Assembly (NCBI GenBank): GCA_963422375.2
Contig: OY729428.2
Location: 1,184,001-1,248,000, forward strand
DNA from: Bryobacterales bacterium
GTDB taxonomy: Bacteria; Acidobacteriota; Terriglobia; Bryobacterales; UBA6623
Direction of reading: 5' to 3'
Length of the DNA: 64,000 nucleotides
In this document: one piece after another, positions 19,730 to 30,072 of the stretch
Layout of the letters: each line of letters opens with the position of its first letter
Numbering within the stretch: the stretch's first letter is position 1
Made by a program: the position numbers and the translations under genes
Notes under the pieces: model-generated
Database searches by the model: none
What the model saw: only the letters and a program-made list of their open reading frames with translations
Told to the model about the DNA's origin: nothing

Positions 19730-20467
19730 CTACCGGTCGGCGGGCCGCAGCTTCGCGAACAGCTCCTCCAGCCAGTCCCCGGGCAGGTCGCGCACGGACC
19801 TGCGCAGATTCTCCTGCCACCAGTGCGAAATGTCCGCCAGATCTTCCTTCTGGTAGCGCTGCTCGACCATGCGGAACGACTTCGGCGCGTAAAGCACCGC
19901 GTCGATGGGAAAGTCGACATCCGCGGCGCTGATCCGGGTGGAGTCGAAGGCGAGGCATCCGGTCTTGAAGGCGTGCCGCAGCGAATCGCCGTAGGTCAGC
20001 GTCCGGTCCAGGATGGGCTTGCCGTAACCGGTGGAACCGATCACGTGATAGGGAGTGGCGCGGCCCGTGTCGACCCAGTTCCCTTCGGGGTAGACCAAGT
20101 ACAGCTTGTGAGTCGCGTCGGAGGGCATCTGCCCTCCGATCAGCGCGTTCATGTTGAACGCCAGCCCGCCGGCGGACAGGGCCGCCTTGTCCTCGGCGGA
20201 TACCCTGCGGACCTGCTCGCTGAACAGGTTCACCACCTGGTAGAGTCGGCCGTACGATTCCTGGCGCTCGTGGAGAGCCTCCTCGAAATAGGTGACGACC
20301 TTGTCGCGGACCGACCGCAGGCCGGAAGTCATGATGAACAGAGCGCCGCCGTCCCGCTCGTAGCAGGTGACCTTCTTGGCGGTCAGGCACTCCGTGCCCG
20401 AGACGACCCGCGTGTCGGCGATCCCGACCAAGCCGTCGCGGACGTTGATTCCCAAGCAGAACGTCAT
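19730..20467 (-). CDS. Proteasome-type (Anbu-like) Ntn peptidase
   Basis: MTFCLGI...ADTR...KK (Thr nucleophile after Met removal), SGLRS, IGGQ, LYLVYPEGNW, IGSTGYGKPILDR, DSTRISAADVDFPID. Confidence 0.9.
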   Translation of the reverse strand: MTFCLGINVRDGLVGIADTRVVSGTECLTAKKVTCYERDGGALFIMTSGLRSVRDKVVTYFEEALHERQESYGRLYQVVNLFSEQVRRVSAEDKAALSAGGLAFNMNALIGGQMPSDATHKLYLVYPEGNWVDTGRATPYHVIGSTGYGKPILDRTLTYGDSLRHAFKTGCLAFDSTRISAADVDFPIDAVLYAPKSFRMVEQRYQKEDLADISHWWQENLRRSVRDLPGDWLEELFAKLRPADR

Positions 20468-21441
20468 TCCGTCGCAGCTTCCGAGCGGCCTTCCCGTCCG
20501 GCCAGCCGCGGAGCGAAGAAGGTGTTCTGGAGGGCCTCGCCGACGCCGTTCAGGAGGCCCTGCAGGCCGTCGAGGAACTCGTGGAGCCCGCCGGCTATCA
20601 CCTCGTCGATTGCCGTGTAGTTGAGATCCGCGACGAGGCGGCCCAGGCGGCGTTCGGCCGCGCTGCGATAGGTGCCCGCAGGCGTGCCGGTGATCGAGTG
20701 CAACGAGGCGTTGGCGCGCCTCAGACAGTTGCGCGCCGACCGCGGGAACCGCTCGTCCAAGAGCAGGAAATCCGTCGTCGCGTCCATGCGGACCATGCCG
20801 TGACGCCGACGGTACATCTCCAGCGCGCTGACGGACTGCAGCACGGCGATCCAGTACAGGTCGTCGGCCGGGCTCCCTACGTCGGCCGGAGAGGGCAGCC
20901 GGGTGAAGTAGCGGATGTCCACGATGCGCGTGGTCTTGTCGGCGCGCTCCAGCAGTCGCCCCATGCGGCCGAAATGCCAGGCCTCCGCGTGCGACAGCGT
21001 CGCGCAGCAGGCGCCCTCGGCAGCGTGGCTGGCGCGAATCACCTGCTGCAGGAAGGCGTGGTGGGGCGCGGACCGCTCCGAGGCGTGGTGCTCGACGTAG
21101 AGATACATCTCGTTGATCTCGGCCCAGACCGCCGAGGAGAGGACCTCCCGGATCGAGCGAGCGTTCTCGCGGGCCGCGCGGAGCGACGACAGGATCGAGT
21201 TCGGATTCTCCTCGTCGAACGTGAGAAACCAGCTCACTTCGTCCTGGTCCGCGGCGTGGTAGCGCTTGTAGAAGTCCTCGGCGTCCCCGGTGATCTGCAC
21301 CAAGGGAGCCCATTGCGGCGGCATCCCGGGCGGCAGGTCGAGCATCAGGTGCTCGTTGACGTCGACGAAGCGCGCCACGTTCTCGGCGCGCTCGATGTAC
21401 CGGCACATCCAGTACATCGATTCGGCGACCCGGCTCAGCAT
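20464..21441 (-). CDS. Alpha-E domain protein (DUF403)
   Basis: MLSRVAESMYWMCRYIERAENVAR, ARENARSIRE, GRLLERADKTTRI, FPRS. Confidence 0.93.
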   Translation of the reverse strand: MLSRVAESMYWMCRYIERAENVARFVDVNEHLMLDLPPGMPPQWAPLVQITGDAEDFYKRYHAADQDEVSWFLTFDEENPNSILSSLRAARENARSIREVLSSAVWAEINEMYLYVEHHASERSAPHHAFLQQVIRASHAAEGACCATLSHAEAWHFGRMGRLLERADKTTRIVDIRYFTRLPSPADVGSPADDLYWIAVLQSVSALEMYRRRHGMVRMDATTDFLLLDERFPRSARNCLRRANASLHSITGTPAGTYRSAAERRLGRLVADLNYTAIDEVIAGGLHEFLDGLQGLLNGVGEALQNTFFAPRLAGREGRSEAATE

Positions 21442-21457
21442 GGCTCCGGCACCGCGC

Positions 21458-22918
21458 CTACGCCGCGCCCGGCGACCGCCCGCCGCCGGGAGCCAGCACC
21501 CAGGTGTCCTTGCTGCCGCCGCCCTGGGACGAGTTGACCACCAGCGAGCCCTTGCGCAACGCGACCCGGGTCAGCCCGCCCGGCAGGACGAAGATGTCGC
21601 TGCCGTACAGCACGAAGGGCCGCAAGTCCACGTGGCGACCCTCCAAGCGGCCGTCGACCAAGGTCGGCACGCGGGACAGGGACAGGGTGGTCTGCGCGAT
21701 GTAGTTCCGGCTATTGGCCAGGATGCGCTCGCGAAACTCCTCGCGCTCCTGCTTCGTCGCGTGCGGGCCGATCAGCAGGCCGTACCCGCCGGACTCGTTC
21801 GCCGGCTTCACGACCAGGTCGGCGATGTTGTCCAGGACGTACTCCCGCTGGCGGCGGTCCCAGCACACGTAGGTGGGTACGTTCGGAAGGATCAAGTCCT
21901 CTCCCAGGTAGTAGCGCACGATCGCCGGCACGTACGCGTAGATCGCCTTGTCGTCGGCGACGCCGGTCCCCGGTGCGTTCACCAAGGTCACGCGCTTCCG
22001 CCGGTAGGCATCCAAGAGACCGGGCACGCCCAGCACCGAATCGGCCCGGAACGCCCGCGGGTCGAGGAAGTCGTCGTCGATGCGGCGGTAGATCACGTGA
22101 ACGCGCTGCAAGCCCGCCGTGGTGCGCATGAATACGGTGCCGCCCTCGACCGTCAGGTCGCGACCCTCGACCAGTTCGACGCCCATCTGCTGCGCCAGGA
22201 AGGAGTGCTCGAAGTAGGCCGAATTGTAGGGGCCGGGCGTGAGCACGACCGCCTTCACGTCCCCGGACGCCGGCGGCGCGACATCGGCCAGGGCGGCCAG
22301 CAGCCGTCCCGGATAGTCCACCACCGGCCGCACGCCGAGGCCTTGGAAGACCCTCGGGAACGTCCGCTTGAGCACGGCCCTGTTCTGCAGCATGTACGAC
22401 ACGCCGGACGGCACGCGCAGGTTGTCCTCGAGCACGTAGAACTGCCCGTCGGCGTGCCGGACGATGTCGGTGCCGGTGACGTGGCACCACACGCCCAGCG
22501 GCGGGTCGATGCCCAGGCACTCCCGGCGGAAGCCCTGGGCGGATCGCACGATCTCCTCGGGGACGACCTTGTCGCGGAGGATCTTCCGGTCGTGGTAGAT
22601 GTCGTCGATGAACAGGTTGAGGGCGCGGATCCGCTGCTTCAGGCCGCGCTCGATGCGCTCCCATTCGCCGGCCGCCACGAGACGCGGCACGACGTCGAAG
22701 GGAAAGATCCTCTCGCGGCCCCGCTGGTCCCCGTAGACATTGAAGGTGATGCCCATGCGCATGAGGCTGCGCTCCGCAGCTTCATGCCGTTGCAGCAAGT
22801 GGCCCGGCGGCAGCGAATCGATGCGATCGACCAAGCTGCGGAACTCGGGGCGCGGGGCGCCGTCGGGCTGGAAGAGCTCGTCGTAGAATCCCTCCGTGCT
22901 GTAGGAGTCGAACTTCAT
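21458..22918 (-). CDS. Circularly permuted type 2 ATP-grasp protein
   Basis: [71 protein letters not shown]. Confidence 0.95.
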   Translation of the reverse strand: MKFDSYSTEGFYDELFQPDGAPRPEFRSLVDRIDSLPPGHLLQRHEAAERSLMRMGITFNVYGDQRGRERIFPFDVVPRLVAAGEWERIERGLKQRIRALNLFIDDIYHDRKILRDKVVPEEIVRSAQGFRRECLGIDPPLGVWCHVTGTDIVRHADGQFYVLEDNLRVPSGVSYMLQNRAVLKRTFPRVFQGLGVRPVVDYPGRLLAALADVAPPASGDVKAVVLTPGPYNSAYFEHSFLAQQMGVELVEGRDLTVEGGTVFMRTTAGLQRVHVIYRRIDDDFLDPRAFRADSVLGVPGLLDAYRRKRVTLVNAPGTGVADDKAIYAYVPAIVRYYLGEDLILPNVPTYVCWDRRQREYVLDNIADLVVKPANESGGYGLLIGPHATKQEREEFRERILANSRNYIAQTTLSLSRVPTLVDGRLEGRHVDLRPFVLYGSDIFVLPGGLTRVALRKGSLVVNSSQGGGSKDTWVLAPGGGRSPGAA

Positions 22919-22987
22919 CCGGAGCGCCGGCAGCGAGACCGACGCGACCTGTCGTCGGAAGGACGTGGTCTGAGGTCAGCATTCAGG

Positions 22988-24649
22988 CTAGCGCAACCCG
23001 GGGCCCGCAGGGGCTGCCGGCGCCTGATCCCGGCGCTCCCCGTCGCCGGCGCTCCCGGCCGACTCGCCGTCCCCCAACGGACCGCCGGTACGCTCCCAGA
23101 GCCAGCGGGCGGCCCGCTCCGGGGATTCCCCGTCAACCTCCACGCGCCGGTTGGCAAGTCCCATCGTGCGGTCGTCGATACGATTCACGAGACCGCCCAG
23201 AACCGCGACCAGCGCCGCGTTGCGCGACGCGGCCGGCGATACCAGCAGGATGGCGTCGTAGGGCGGGAAACCGTGCAGCGGATCGTCCAGCAGGGACAGG
23301 CCTCCCTCCGCGAGGCGCCCGTCGGTAGTGTAGGCGGTGATCACGTCCACCTGGCCGGCCCGCACGGCGTCGAACATGTAGATCGCCTGCATGGGGCGCG
23401 TGAGCAGCGACTCGAGGCCGTACACCTCGCGCACGCGGTCCCATTCGGGACGGCCGAACACCTCGGGATCGCCTCCGATCTCGAGATCGCGGCCGGACAG
23501 GTCGGCGATCGTGCGGATGCCGAACTCCTCCGCGCGGTCCTCGCGCATCGCCAGGGCGTAATCGTTCCTGAACCCGAGATGGCCCACCGCGAGCACGCGA
23601 TGCTCGCGGAGCAGGTAGGCGGCGGCCTCGACTCGCGTCCGCAGGCGCGAAGCCGGCTCGCCGCGCTTCATCAGGGTGGCCCAGACCGTGCCCGTGTAGT
23701 CCACGTAGCAGTCCACCGCGTCGCTGCGCAGCGCGTCGAACAGGATGGTCGATCCCATGCTGGGCCGGTTGACCACCTCGGCGCCGGCGGCCTGCAGCTG
23801 CAGACCGACCAGCGCGGCAAGGACGTGGCTCTCGACAAACGTCTTGGAGCCGGTGACGAAGCGCTGCCCGGCCAGCAGCCTGCCGGGATCCGCCGCGGCC
23901 GGGTCCCCGGCCGCGGCGGTCTGGCTCGCGGGCCCGGCCGGAGCCGCCGGTCGCGGCCACAGGGCCAGGCCCGCCGAAGCAGCGAGGGCGAGCGCGAGCC
24001 CGGCCCCGACGAGCCTGGCCCGCATGCGCCGACGGCGGCGCACCGCGTCCTCGACGACGCGCAGCGACTGGTCCAGCGCCACGGCCAGGACGGCGGCAAA
24101 GAAGCACCCGAAGAGCGTGGTGGGGTGATTGCGCGTCTGCAGGCCCGTGAAAATATACGACCCGAGGCCGGCCGCCCCGACGGCGGTCGCCAGGGTGGTC
24201 GTCCCCACGGTCCAGACGGTGGAGGTGCGCAGGCCGGCCAGGATCACGGGGAACGCGAGCGGGAAGCGCACCCGTAGCAGGACCTGGCGCTCGGTCATCC
24301 CGAGGCCGCGCGCCGCCTCGACGAGCTGCGGGTCCGTGCCCGTCAGGCCGGTGACCGTGTTCTGCAGCAGCGGCAGCAGCGCGTAGACGGTCAGCGCGAC
24401 GAAGGCCGGAGCGAAGCCGATCGCGCCGCCCAGCAGCGGGACCATCAGGGCCAGCAGCGCGAGGCCCGGTATCGTCTGGAGCACCCCCGCCGCCGCCAGG
24501 ATCCAGTTCCTCAGCCCGGGGCGGCGATCGGCGAGCAGGGCCATCGACATGGCCGTCGCCGCCGCCGCGCCGACGGCGGACATCGACAGCAGCAGGTGCC
24601 ACGCCAGCAGCGACGGCAGGTCGCGCAGGTTCTGGCCGAGCTCCGTCAC
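22988..24649 (-). CDS. Osmoprotectant/betaine-type ABC transporter, fused permease + substrate-binding protein
   Basis: QTIPGLALLAL, EAARGLGM (EAA loop), LAGLRT, GLGSYIFTGL, then GSKTFVES, DYTGT, GFRNDYALA, YTTDGR, FPPYDA. GTG start overlaps the upstream stop. Confidence 0.88.
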   Translation of the reverse strand: MTELGQNLRDLPSLLAWHLLLSMSAVGAAAATAMSMALLADRRPGLRNWILAAAGVLQTIPGLALLALMVPLLGGAIGFAPAFVALTVYALLPLLQNTVTGLTGTDPQLVEAARGLGMTERQVLLRVRFPLAFPVILAGLRTSTVWTVGTTTLATAVGAAGLGSYIFTGLQTRNHPTTLFGCFFAAVLAVALDQSLRVVEDAVRRRRRMRARLVGAGLALALAASAGLALWPRPAAPAGPASQTAAAGDPAAADPGRLLAGQRFVTGSKTFVESHVLAALVGLQLQAAGAEVVNRPSMGSTILFDALRSDAVDCYVDYTGTVWATLMKRGEPASRLRTRVEAAAYLLREHRVLAVGHLGFRNDYALAMREDRAEEFGIRTIADLSGRDLEIGGDPEVFGRPEWDRVREVYGLESLLTRPMQAIYMFDAVRAGQVDVITAYTTDGRLAEGGLSLLDDPLHGFPPYDAILLVSPAASRNAALVAVLGGLVNRIDDRTMGLANRRVEVDGESPERAARWLWERTGGPLGDGESAGSAGDGERRDQAPAAPAGPGLR

Positions 24650-25416
24650 TGCCCCAGCAATCCCTTCCAGGCCGCGGCCTGCCGGCGCGGAGTGGTCAGC
24701 AGATCCTCGACCTCCGCGCTCGACGGGCGCCGCAGGATGTCCGCGGGACGGCCCGTCTGGACAACGCGCCCGCGCGACAGGATCGCGATCCTGTCCGCCA
24801 GCAGCAGCGCCTCGGACACGTCGTGCGTGACCAGCACGGCGGTGAACCCGAGGCGACACTGCAGATCCCGGAAGTCGGACTGCACCCCCTCGCGCGTGAG
24901 CGGGTCGAGCGCTCCGAACGGCTCGTCCATCAGCACGAGCGAGGGCTGCGCAGCGAGCGCCCGGGCCACGCCCACGCGCTGCTGCTGCCCGCCCGAAAGG
25001 CTGTCGGGCGGCCTGTCGCGGAACTCCGGCGGTTCGAGCCGCACGAGTTCCAGCAGCTCGTCGACCCGTCGCGCCATGCGGGCCGCGTCCCACCCGAGCA
25101 GCCGCGGGACGACCGCGATGTTCTCGGCCACGGTCCAGTGGGGGAACAGCGCGGCGCCCTGCAGCACGTACCCGACCGAGAGGCGCAGCGCCACCGGATC
25201 GATCTCCGCGACGCTGCGGCCCGCGACCTCGACGGCACCGCGCTCGAGCGGCACCAGGCGGTTGATGCTCCGCAGCAGGGTCGTCTTGCCGGACCCGGAC
25301 GCCCCGAGGAGCGCGAGGATCTCGCCGGCGGCGGCATCCAAGTCGATGTCGTGCAGGATCCGGGCGCCGGGGCGCCCGAGCCTGACGCAGACCCCGGCGA
25401 GCCGGAGGCTGCTCAC
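24646..25416 (-). CDS. Osmoprotectant ABC transporter ATP-binding subunit
   Basis: GASGSGKTT, GYVLQGAALFPHWTV, LSGGQQQRVGVARALA, MDEPFGALDP. Confidence 0.9.
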   Translation of the reverse strand: MSSLRLAGVCVRLGRPGARILHDIDLDAAAGEILALLGASGSGKTTLLRSINRLVPLERGAVEVAGRSVAEIDPVALRLSVGYVLQGAALFPHWTVAENIAVVPRLLGWDAARMARRVDELLELVRLEPPEFRDRPPDSLSGGQQQRVGVARALAAQPSLVLMDEPFGALDPLTREGVQSDFRDLQCRLGFTAVLVTHDVSEALLLADRIAILSRGRVVQTGRPADILRRPSSAEVEDLLTTPRRQAAAWKGLLGQ

Positions 25417-25507
25417 TGCCGCACCCCGCCCGCGCCGGCCGAGGCAGTGCGTCCCTTGCCGACGCGCCGCATCGCGCCCCCGGCGGGCACCGTCGAGCGC
25501 CCGCTCA

Positions 25508-27196
25508 TCAGGCGAAGTAGACCAGCATGAAGACGGTCGCGGCCGCGAGCAGCCACGCCCAGGGACGCTCGCTGCCCCAGAAGCCGCGGGCCGGCTCGCC
25601 GCCGCCGGCGCCCAGCGCCCGCCACGTGTACCGGTCCACCGCCGACGGCAGGGGCGAGCGCGCACGGGAAAGCGCGACGATCACCGCCAGCGCGAAGGCC
25701 GCCGTCAGGGCGGTGCGATGCAGGAAGTTCAGCTGCGGGCCGAACGCCCCGCTGACCGCGGCCGCCAGCGCGGAGGCCCCGCCGACCCACGCGCCGTAGC
25801 CCCACTCGATCGCGAACGAGAACAGCGGCGACAGCAGCATGGCCCAGAACGAGCCGGACGCCGACGCGCCCCTCCACAGCACCCCGGCCAGGAAGGCCAC
25901 CGCCATGCCCGGCACGAAGTGGCCGATCTGCGCGGGCACCTTCAGGAAGAAATTGTCCGCGGCGTCCTCGGTGTAGATCCCCGCCGCGATGCACGCCGCG
26001 ATCGCCACGAAGGCGAGGATAGCGATCCTCCCCACCAGGATCAGTCGCCGCTCGGAAGCCTCCGGGGCGGCGTAGCGCTTGTAGAAGTCGAACGTGAAGA
26101 GCGTCGCGCCGGAGTTCATCATCGAGTCGATGCTCGAGAGAATGGCGCCGATCAGGCCCGCCGTGATGAGGCCGACCAAGCCGTAGCCCGCCGGCACGAT
26201 CATGCGCACGAGCAGGGGGAAGGCGTCGTCGGGAAGGGGCAGCGCCGCGATCTCGCCGGCCGCCAGGCGCGTTTCGAAGAGAAAGCCCGCAGCGACCCCG
26301 GTCGCGATCGAGACGAACGGGATCAGCAGCTTGAGAAAGCCCGCGACCAGGATGCCCATGCGGGCGTCGAAGTCCGAGCGCGCGGCCAGGGCCCGCTGGG
26401 CAATGAACTGGTTCGTCGACCAGTAGAAGACGTGAATGATCAGCAGCCCGCTGACCACGCCGGTCCAAGGCAGCTGGGGATGGTCGGGCGGCAGGTACAG
26501 GTGGAACTTCTGCTCGGCCGGCGGACGGGCCGCGTCCTTGGCGAGCAGCCCGCCGAGCCCGCCGATCTCGGGCTGGGCGAACACGAGCACGGCCACGAAG
26601 ATCCCGGCCAGGAGCAGCAGCACCGACTGCATGACGTCGGTCCAGATCACGGCCTTGAGCCCGCCCACGATGGTGTAAGTGGCGGTGACGACCGCGAATA
26701 CGAGGATGCCGGGCAGGTAGCCGATCTCGAGCGGCGTGCCGTCGAGCAGGAAGCTCAGCGCACGAGCCCCGATGTAGAAGCCCAGCGCCATGCGGACCAC
26801 CACGATCATGAGGATGTTGAACGCCGAGTAGAGCACGCTGCAGCGCTCGTCGAATCGCCCGGCCAGGTACTCGGACAGCGTGTAGACCCCCATGCGCCGG
26901 TACAGCGGAAGGAAGACGAACGCCAGAATCAGCAGCCCGGCGATCGCCCCGTACTCGAAGTGCGCCTGGGCGAATCCGATCGAGTAGCCGATGCCCAGCA
27001 TGCCGACCAAGTGCTCGGCGCTGACGTTGGTGCCGAAGATCGAGCCCGCCACGCCCCACCACGGCACGCTCTTGCCTGCGAGATAGAAGTCCCGCGTGTC
27101 GTCCTCCTTGCGCCCGGCCCACAGGCCGATGGCCAGGACGCTTAGCAGGCTGGCCAGGAAGATGGCAATGTCGAAGGCCGCCAGCGGGATCGGCAC
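25508..27196 (-). CDS. Sodium:solute symporter (SSS family, sugar-type)
   Basis: FYLAGK, SAEHLVG, GGLKAVIWTDVMQ, YWSTNQFIAQRALAA, SSIDSMMNS. Confidence 0.92.
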   Translation of the reverse strand: MPIPLAAFDIAIFLASLLSVLAIGLWAGRKEDDTRDFYLAGKSVPWWGVAGSIFGTNVSAEHLVGMLGIGYSIGFAQAHFEYGAIAGLLILAFVFLPLYRRMGVYTLSEYLAGRFDERCSVLYSAFNILMIVVVRMALGFYIGARALSFLLDGTPLEIGYLPGILVFAVVTATYTIVGGLKAVIWTDVMQSVLLLLAGIFVAVLVFAQPEIGGLGGLLAKDAARPPAEQKFHLYLPPDHPQLPWTGVVSGLLIIHVFYWSTNQFIAQRALAARSDFDARMGILVAGFLKLLIPFVSIATGVAAGFLFETRLAAGEIAALPLPDDAFPLLVRMIVPAGYGLVGLITAGLIGAILSSIDSMMNSGATLFTFDFYKRYAAPEASERRLILVGRIAILAFVAIAACIAAGIYTEDAADNFFLKVPAQIGHFVPGMAVAFLAGVLWRGASASGSFWAMLLSPLFSFAIEWGYGAWVGGASALAAAVSGAFGPQLNFLHRTALTAAFALAVIVALSRARSPLPSAVDRYTWRALGAGGGEPARGFWGSERPWAWLLAAATVFMLVYFA

Positions 27197-27231
27197 GGAT
27201 CAAAGCCTAGCGCAGCGGCACTGCAGGCCCG

Positions 27232-28662
27232 CTACCACGCTCCGATGAGCTTCCACCAAAGCGTTCCGACCGAGCACCACACGGCCACGTTCCACACCCC
27301 GACCAGGAATCCGGCCAGCCACCACTGCTGGAACGTGGCGTACTCCTGCGCGAAGTAGATCGGCGAGGGCACCGTGCCGTAGTGCGTCAGGCCGGCCGAG
27401 AGGTTCGCGAGGCTCACCAGCAGCAGCACGGTCAGCCCGACCGGGGCCCCTTCGTCGCGGAGCATCAGCAGGAACACCGGGAACAGCGTCAGGAAATGCA
27501 TGGTGATGCTGGCCAGGCCGTAATGGGCGAAGTAGTAGACCGGCACGGCGATCGCGAGCATGGGAAGCCAGGGCAGGTCGCCGAGCGCCGCCCCGATGCT
27601 GGCGGTCAGCGCGGCCGGCACGCCGGCCGCGCTGAGTTCCCGGCCGAGAGTGATCACGCAGGCGTACCAGACCATGATGTCCCAGACCCCGTGCTGCCGG
27701 ACCACGTCGCGCCATGGCAGGACCCCGCAGAGGACGAGGACGGACGCCCCCGAGATCGACGCCAGCGCGACGGGAACGGAATGCAGGCCGGCCGTGACCC
27801 ACAGCCCGCACATGACCGCCACGGTCGCGACCGTGAGCCACTCGCCGCGCCCCAGCCGGCCCAGCCCGCGCAGCTCCTCGCCGGCGAATTCCTTCGCCTG
27901 CTGCGTCTGGCGGACTTCGGGCGGCAGGGCCTTGGAGACGATCCAGACGAGGCCCGCGACGCTGACAATGCCCGGAACGATGCCGGCGAGGGCCCAGCTC
28001 GCCCAGTTCATCTCGTATCCCGCGAGGGACTGCGCGAGCTCGACGGCGATGAAGTTGCCCGCCTGGCCGGTCAGGAACATGGCGCCCGCGACGATGTCGC
28101 CTTGGTAGACAGCCACGAGCAGGAAGGTGCCGAGCCGGCCGGCGGTTCGGCCGGGGCGCGATCCGAGGAGCTCGGACACGCTGCGGGCGACGGGCATGAC
28201 GACCCCCGCCGAGCGCGAGGTGTTGGACGGGATCATCGTGGCGAGAGTCAGGTCGCTCAGGATCAGCGCGCAGGCGACGCCCGTCGGGTTGCCGCCAAGC
28301 GAGCGCACGAAGAACAAGGCCACGCGCCTCGCCAGCGCCGTCTCGATCAGCACGTGCGCGATCAGCAGGGCCCCGACCACCAGCCAGACCGCGGGCACGG
28401 CGAAGCCCGCCAGAGCCTGCTCGACGGTCAGCGACCCGCACCAGACCGCCGCCAGGATCGCCAGGAAGGGCACGGCGCCCCCGGACAGCGGGCGCAGGAC
28501 CAAGCCGGCGATGGCCGCCGCGAAAACGGCGAGCAACCGCCAGCCCTCGTCAGCGACCGCCTCCGGGCGGGGCGCGAGCCAGTACACCGCGAACCCGATG
28601 GCGGCGACCGCCGCTAGGCGGCGGAAATCCGGGTTCCCGGTCGCTGTCGGGGTGTCGGGCAT
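27232..28662 (-). CDS. DASS-family anion permease (2-oxoglutarate/malate translocator-like)
   Basis: IPSNTSRSAG, AMFLTGQAGN, HYGLASITMH, GLTHYGTVPSPIYF. Confidence 0.9.
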   Translation of the reverse strand: MPDTPTATGNPDFRRLAAVAAIGFAVYWLAPRPEAVADEGWRLLAVFAAAIAGLVLRPLSGGAVPFLAILAAVWCGSLTVEQALAGFAVPAVWLVVGALLIAHVLIETALARRVALFFVRSLGGNPTGVACALILSDLTLATMIPSNTSRSAGVVMPVARSVSELLGSRPGRTAGRLGTFLLVAVYQGDIVAGAMFLTGQAGNFIAVELAQSLAGYEMNWASWALAGIVPGIVSVAGLVWIVSKALPPEVRQTQQAKEFAGEELRGLGRLGRGEWLTVATVAVMCGLWVTAGLHSVPVALASISGASVLVLCGVLPWRDVVRQHGVWDIMVWYACVITLGRELSAAGVPAALTASIGAALGDLPWLPMLAIAVPVYYFAHYGLASITMHFLTLFPVFLLMLRDEGAPVGLTVLLLVSLANLSAGLTHYGTVPSPIYFAQEYATFQQWWLAGFLVGVWNVAVWCSVGTLWWKLIGAW

Positions 28663-28722
28663 GGGCGCGGCGCGTTCCTCGCGCGGACCGGGAGCGCGGC
28701 TGCTGACGGCGGGAGGCGCCCG

Positions 28723-29892
28723 TCAAACCACCGCCAGTCCCTCGGCGTCCCAGCCGACCTTCCGGGCCTCGCGAATCGAGATATTCGCGAGCTGGACAAT
28801 CAGCGCCGCCTGGAAGCCCTGCTCGACAGTGGCTCGAGGCGTCTCCCGCGTGCGGACGCAGTGCAGGAAATTCATGACGTGGTCGATCGTAGCCTGGGCG
28901 AAGCCGCCCGGCTGCTCCTTCGCGAACGAGGCCGTCTCGGGCGCGTCGCGATCGTGGATTCGCAGGAACTCCCGCCCGATATCCATGCGCGCGAGCGAAC
29001 CGTCGTAGGCGTTGAGCTGGTCGGCCCGCATTGCGTAGCGCATCGCGCTGTAGTTGATCGTGAAGACCGCGAGGAAGTCGCCGGGGTACTCGGCGGCCAC
29101 GACAACCGATTCGGGCAGGTCCATGCCCTCCACGTACGGCCGCAGGGCGACCGCGTTGACCGAAACCGGGTAGCCCGCGTCCATGATCAGGTGGATGGAG
29201 TCGAAGATGTGGCAGCCTTGGTCCTGCGCGATGCCCCCGGAGTAAGCGGACAGGCTGCGCCAGTTGAAGAAGACCAGCGGATCCTTCGAAATCTCCGGCG
29301 CCGGGCCGAGCCAGGCGTTCCAGTCGATCGGCCCGGCGAACGGCGACCGTCTCGGCTCCGTCCTCGAGTTGAGCCAATAGGTGCGCACCATGCGCACGGT
29401 GCCGAGCCTGCCGTCGCGCAGCATGTCGCGCGCCTCCAAGTACAGGTTGTAGCTGCGTCGCTGCATCCCGACCTGAACGATGCGGTCCGAGGCGCGCTGC
29501 GCGTCGACGAGCTCCCTGCCCTCCTCGGGCGTGTGGCACAGGGGCTTCTCCACGTAGACGTCCTTGCCCGCGGCCATCGCGTCCAGCGTCATGCGATGGT
29601 GCCAGTGCTCCGGCGTGGCGATCAGCACGGCGTCGACGTCCCGGTCGTCCAGGACCTCCCGGTAGTCGCGGAACGCCCGCGTGCCCGGCCCGGCGGCCGA
29701 GAGCCCCTGCTCGAGGTTCGGCTCGTACACGTCGCAGACACCGTGGACCTTGAGGCCCGGGTCGCGCTTGAACTCGGACATGACGCGCCGGCCGCGCCCG
29801 CCCGCGCCGATCAGGGCTAGCCGCACGCTCTCGCCGGGCGACTGGGCCAGCGCGGCGCCGGCCGAGGACAGGAAGAAGACGCGCCGGTCCAT
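28723..29892 (-). CDS. Gfo/Idh/MocA oxidoreductase with Tat signal
   Basis: MDRRVFFL; IGAGGRG, DAVLIATPEHWH, GKDVYVEKP, VQVGMQRRS, WLGPAP. Confidence 0.92.
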   Translation of the reverse strand: MDRRVFFLSSAGAALAQSPGESVRLALIGAGGRGRRVMSEFKRDPGLKVHGVCDVYEPNLEQGLSAAGPGTRAFRDYREVLDDRDVDAVLIATPEHWHHRMTLDAMAAGKDVYVEKPLCHTPEEGRELVDAQRASDRIVQVGMQRRSYNLYLEARDMLRDGRLGTVRMVRTYWLNSRTEPRRSPFAGPIDWNAWLGPAPEISKDPLVFFNWRSLSAYSGGIAQDQGCHIFDSIHLIMDAGYPVSVNAVALRPYVEGMDLPESVVVAAEYPGDFLAVFTINYSAMRYAMRADQLNAYDGSLARMDIGREFLRIHDRDAPETASFAKEQPGGFAQATIDHVMNFLHCVRTRETPRATVEQGFQAALIVQLANISIREARKVGWDAEGLAVV

Positions 29893-30072
29893 CGCAGCGA
29901 AGATTCTCGCACACCGGCCGACCGCCGCCGACCGCGCTCGCGAATCCGGCTCGCGAGGGGCCCTCGGCCCCGGACGGAGCCCGCCGAATTCGCGACGCCT
30001 AATACACTGTTGGCGTCTCGCCACTCGGTCCGCTCCGCGGCGGAACCGACTTCCGCTGGTGAAGCCAAGCGC

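Noticed and set aside
21290..27145. Very long + strand ORFs (995 aa, 849 aa) and similar shadow ORFs such as 1069-2385
   Set aside because: They are antisense to well-supported genes, an expected artefact of high GC3, and have no recognisable motifs.
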